Part shown: piece after piece, positions 61,892-64,000 of the stretch
Numbering within the stretch: the stretch's first letter is position 1
How the letters are laid out: each line of letters opens with the position of its first letter
Assembly: GCA_963705165.1 (NCBI GenBank)
Contig: CAVPJD010000033.1
Coordinates: 1 to 64,000 of the forward strand
DNA: 64,000 nucleotides
DNA from: an uncultured delta proteobacterium
GTDB taxonomy: Bacteria > Desulfobacterota > Syntrophia > Syntrophales > UBA2192
Direction: 5' to 3'
Notes under the pieces: generated by a model
Seen by the model: only the letters and a program-made list of their open reading frames with translations
Databases searched by the model: none
What the model was told of the DNA's origin: nothing
Translations under genes and position numbers: made by a program

Positions 61892-63352
61892 TTAATTTTT
61901 GGCTTTCAGGATATATTTCTTTCTCTTCGACGACGGGAGGATCCCCATCATCTCCCGGTACTTGGCGACGGTGCGCCTGGCGATGGAGATGCCCTGCCTG
62001 CTCAGGATGTCGACGATTTCGCTGTCGCTCAGGGGCTTGCGGGTGTCCTCGCCGCTGATGATTTTCCGGATCTCCTCCTGGACGCTCTTCGACGCGATGG
62101 CATCGCCGCTGGTCTTGTTGATGCTGCTGTTGAAGAAATACTTCAGCTCGAAGATCCCCCGGGGCGTGTGCATGTACTTGTTGGTCGTCACACGGCTGAT
62201 GGTGGACTCGTGCATCTCCACGTCATCGGCGACGTCGCGCAGCACCAGGGGCTTCAGAAATTGGATCCCCTGGTCGAAAAACTCCCTTTGGAATTTGACG
62301 ATGCTCTCGGTGACCCGGAAGATGGTTCTCTGGCGCTGCTGGATGCTCTTGATGAGCCAGGTGGCCGACTGGAGGCGCTCCTTGATGTATTTCTTGCACT
62401 CATCGGCACTCGTCGCCCCTTCCGACGCGCCCCCCAGGATCTCCCGGTAGAAGTTGCTGATCCTCAGCCTCGGCAGGCCTTCGTCGTTGAGGATGATCTT
62501 GTACTCGTCGCTGACCTTGAAGACGAACACATCGGGGATGATGTACTGGGGCCCCTCATCGCTGTAGACCAGTCCCGGCTTCGGGTCCATCCGGCTGATG
62601 AGAAAAATGGCGTCCAGAATGTCCGTCAGCGGAACTTTCAGCTTCTTGGCAATGTTGTTGTAATTCTTGGTCTCCAGGTCGTGGATGTGATCCCGGATGA
62701 TGGTTTCGATCAGTGGGTTTTTAACCCCGAGGACCTTGGCCTGAGCCATCAGGCATTCCTTCAGGTCCCTGGAGGCGATTCCCGGAGGGTCGAATTCCTG
62801 GATCTTTGCCAGCACTTTTTCGACGACCTCGGGGCTGACCTTCTCCGGTTCGGCGATCTCCTCGACGGTGGCCGCAAGGTAACCGCTCGAATCGAGGTTT
62901 CCGATGATCTGTTCTCCGATTTTCCGTTCAGCTTCCGACAGCCTGGAGAGGCCCAACTGCCACATGAGGTGGTCCGTGAGGGTCGTTTTCCTGGAGAGCA
63001 TGTTCTCCCAGGAGGGTCCCTCGTCCTCCTCGCGCTCGTAGGTCACCCTCATGGGACCGTAATCCTCGAGGTAGCTGTCCCAGTCGAAGTCCTCCTTGCC
63101 GTCGCCTTCGCCCGTTACCTCACCGGTGCGCTCCGCCGTCTTGACCTCGCCGACTTCAGGGGCCGGCGCCCCTTCTTCGCCGAATTCCTCGGTGGCCGGC
63201 TCCTCGAGCAGGGGGTTCTCCTCCATCTCCTGCTGGATCATGTCGACGAGCTCGATCCGGGAGAGCTGCAGAAGCTTGATCGCCTGCTGCAGCTGAGGCG
63301 TCATGATCAGCTGCTGGCTCAGTTTGAGGCTTTGTTTAAGTTCAAACGTCAT
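61892..63352 (-). CDS. rpoN: RNA polymerase sigma-54 factor
   Basis: MTPQLQQAIKLLQ, HESTISR, RpoN box ARRTVAKYR. Confidence 0.98.
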   Translation of the reverse strand: MTFELKQSLKLSQQLIMTPQLQQAIKLLQLSRIELVDMIQQEMEENPLLEEPATEEFGEEGAPAPEVGEVKTAERTGEVTGEGDGKEDFDWDSYLEDYGPMRVTYEREEDEGPSWENMLSRKTTLTDHLMWQLGLSRLSEAERKIGEQIIGNLDSSGYLAATVEEIAEPEKVSPEVVEKVLAKIQEFDPPGIASRDLKECLMAQAKVLGVKNPLIETIIRDHIHDLETKNYNNIAKKLKVPLTDILDAIFLISRMDPKPGLVYSDEGPQYIIPDVFVFKVSDEYKIILNDEGLPRLRISNFYREILGGASEGATSADECKKYIKERLQSATWLIKSIQQRQRTIFRVTESIVKFQREFFDQGIQFLKPLVLRDVADDVEMHESTISRVTTNKYMHTPRGIFELKYFFNSSINKTSGDAIASKSVQEEIRKIISGEDTRKPLSDSEIVDILSRQGISIARRTVAKYREMMGILPSSKRKKYILKAKN

Positions 63353-63381
63353 GGATTCCTGGATTCCTGCCCGCTATGATT

Positions 63382-64000
63382 CTATAATCGAAAATCATCC
63401 CCAAGGTAGAACTTCCGGGCGATTTTACTCTCTGCGATCATCTCCGGCAACCCCTCGATCAGTACGGTCCCCTCGTTGAGGATGTAGGCCCGATCACAAA
63501 CCGACAGGGTCTCCCTCACGTTGTGATCGGAGATGACCACCCCGATGCCTTTGGACTTGAGCTTCTGTATGATCTTCTGGATATCGGCCACGGCCAGCGG
63601 GTCGATCCCGGCGAAGGGCTCGTCGAGAAGGATGAACCGCGGCGAAGTCACCAGAGCCCGGGTGATCTCCACCCGCCTTCTCTCCCCTCCCGAAAGGGAG
63701 TATGCCTTGTTGCGTGCCAGATCGGTGAGATCGAGCTCGCCGAGCAACTGCTTGAGCCTATTCTTCCTCTCCTCGCCTTCGATGTCAAGCGTTTCGAGGA
63801 TGGCCAGGATATTTTCCTCTACGGTCAGCTTCCTGAATACGGAGGGTTCCTGGGGCAGGTAGTTGATCCCCTTGCGAGCCCTCACGAACATGGGGTCCCG
63901 GGTGATCTCCTCGGAGTCGAGGAAAATCCGTCCGCCGTCGGGCTTGATGAGGCCGACGATCATGTAGAAGGTTGTCGTCTTTCCGGCACCGTTGGGACCC
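63382..64000 (-). CDS. lptB: LPS export ABC ATPase (5' truncated by window)
   Basis: [40 protein letters not shown]. Confidence 0.95.
   Translation of the reverse strand, partial: GPNGAGKTTTFYMIVGLIKPDGGRIFLDSEEITRDPMFVRARKGINYLPQEPSVFRKLTVEENILAILETLDIEGEERKNRLKQLLGELDLTDLARNKAYSLSGGERRRVEITRALVTSPRFILLDEPFAGIDPLAVADIQKIIQKLKSKGIGVVISDHNVRETLSVCDRAYILNEGTVLIEGLPEMIAESKIARKFYLGDDFRL

Noticed and set aside
59594..64000. rpoN cluster lacking hprK/npr
   Set aside because: Gene content of this cluster is known to vary; these genes may lie elsewhere

Overview
GC-rich bacterial chromosomal window of mostly core genes. Gene order (M23-secA-argJ-rpsB-tsf-pyrH-frr-uppS-cdsA-dxr-rseP-tsaB-psd-pssA-asd-rsmD-coaD; lptB-rpoN-hpf-ptsN-rapZ; coaBC-udg-nfeD-SPFH) and a Desulfovibrio-type adenylate kinase suggest Desulfobacterota/Deltaproteobacteria, possibly Syntrophales (inference). 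There are about 70 CDS. I saw no rRNA, tRNA, CRISPR, transposase or prophage genes. About ten genes, including essential frr and dxr, carry 1-bp frameshifts that look like long-read assembly errors. Features not explained by the gene calls: (i) a dispersed, strand-polarised family of 7-8 bp degenerate tandem repeats at gene ends, some with G-quadruplex potential on the mRNA strand; (ii) two ~180-190 nt multi-hairpin 5' leaders (before M23-secA and before hpf); (iii) a 29-aa bS22-like ORF missed by the ORF track; (iv) a PAP2/GT9/GtrA/GT39 envelope-glycosylation cluster; (v) enzymes with altered catalytic motifs (Cys-less PurF, His-less EF-G paralog, divergent biotin carboxyltransferase, signal-peptide FAH-family hydratase).
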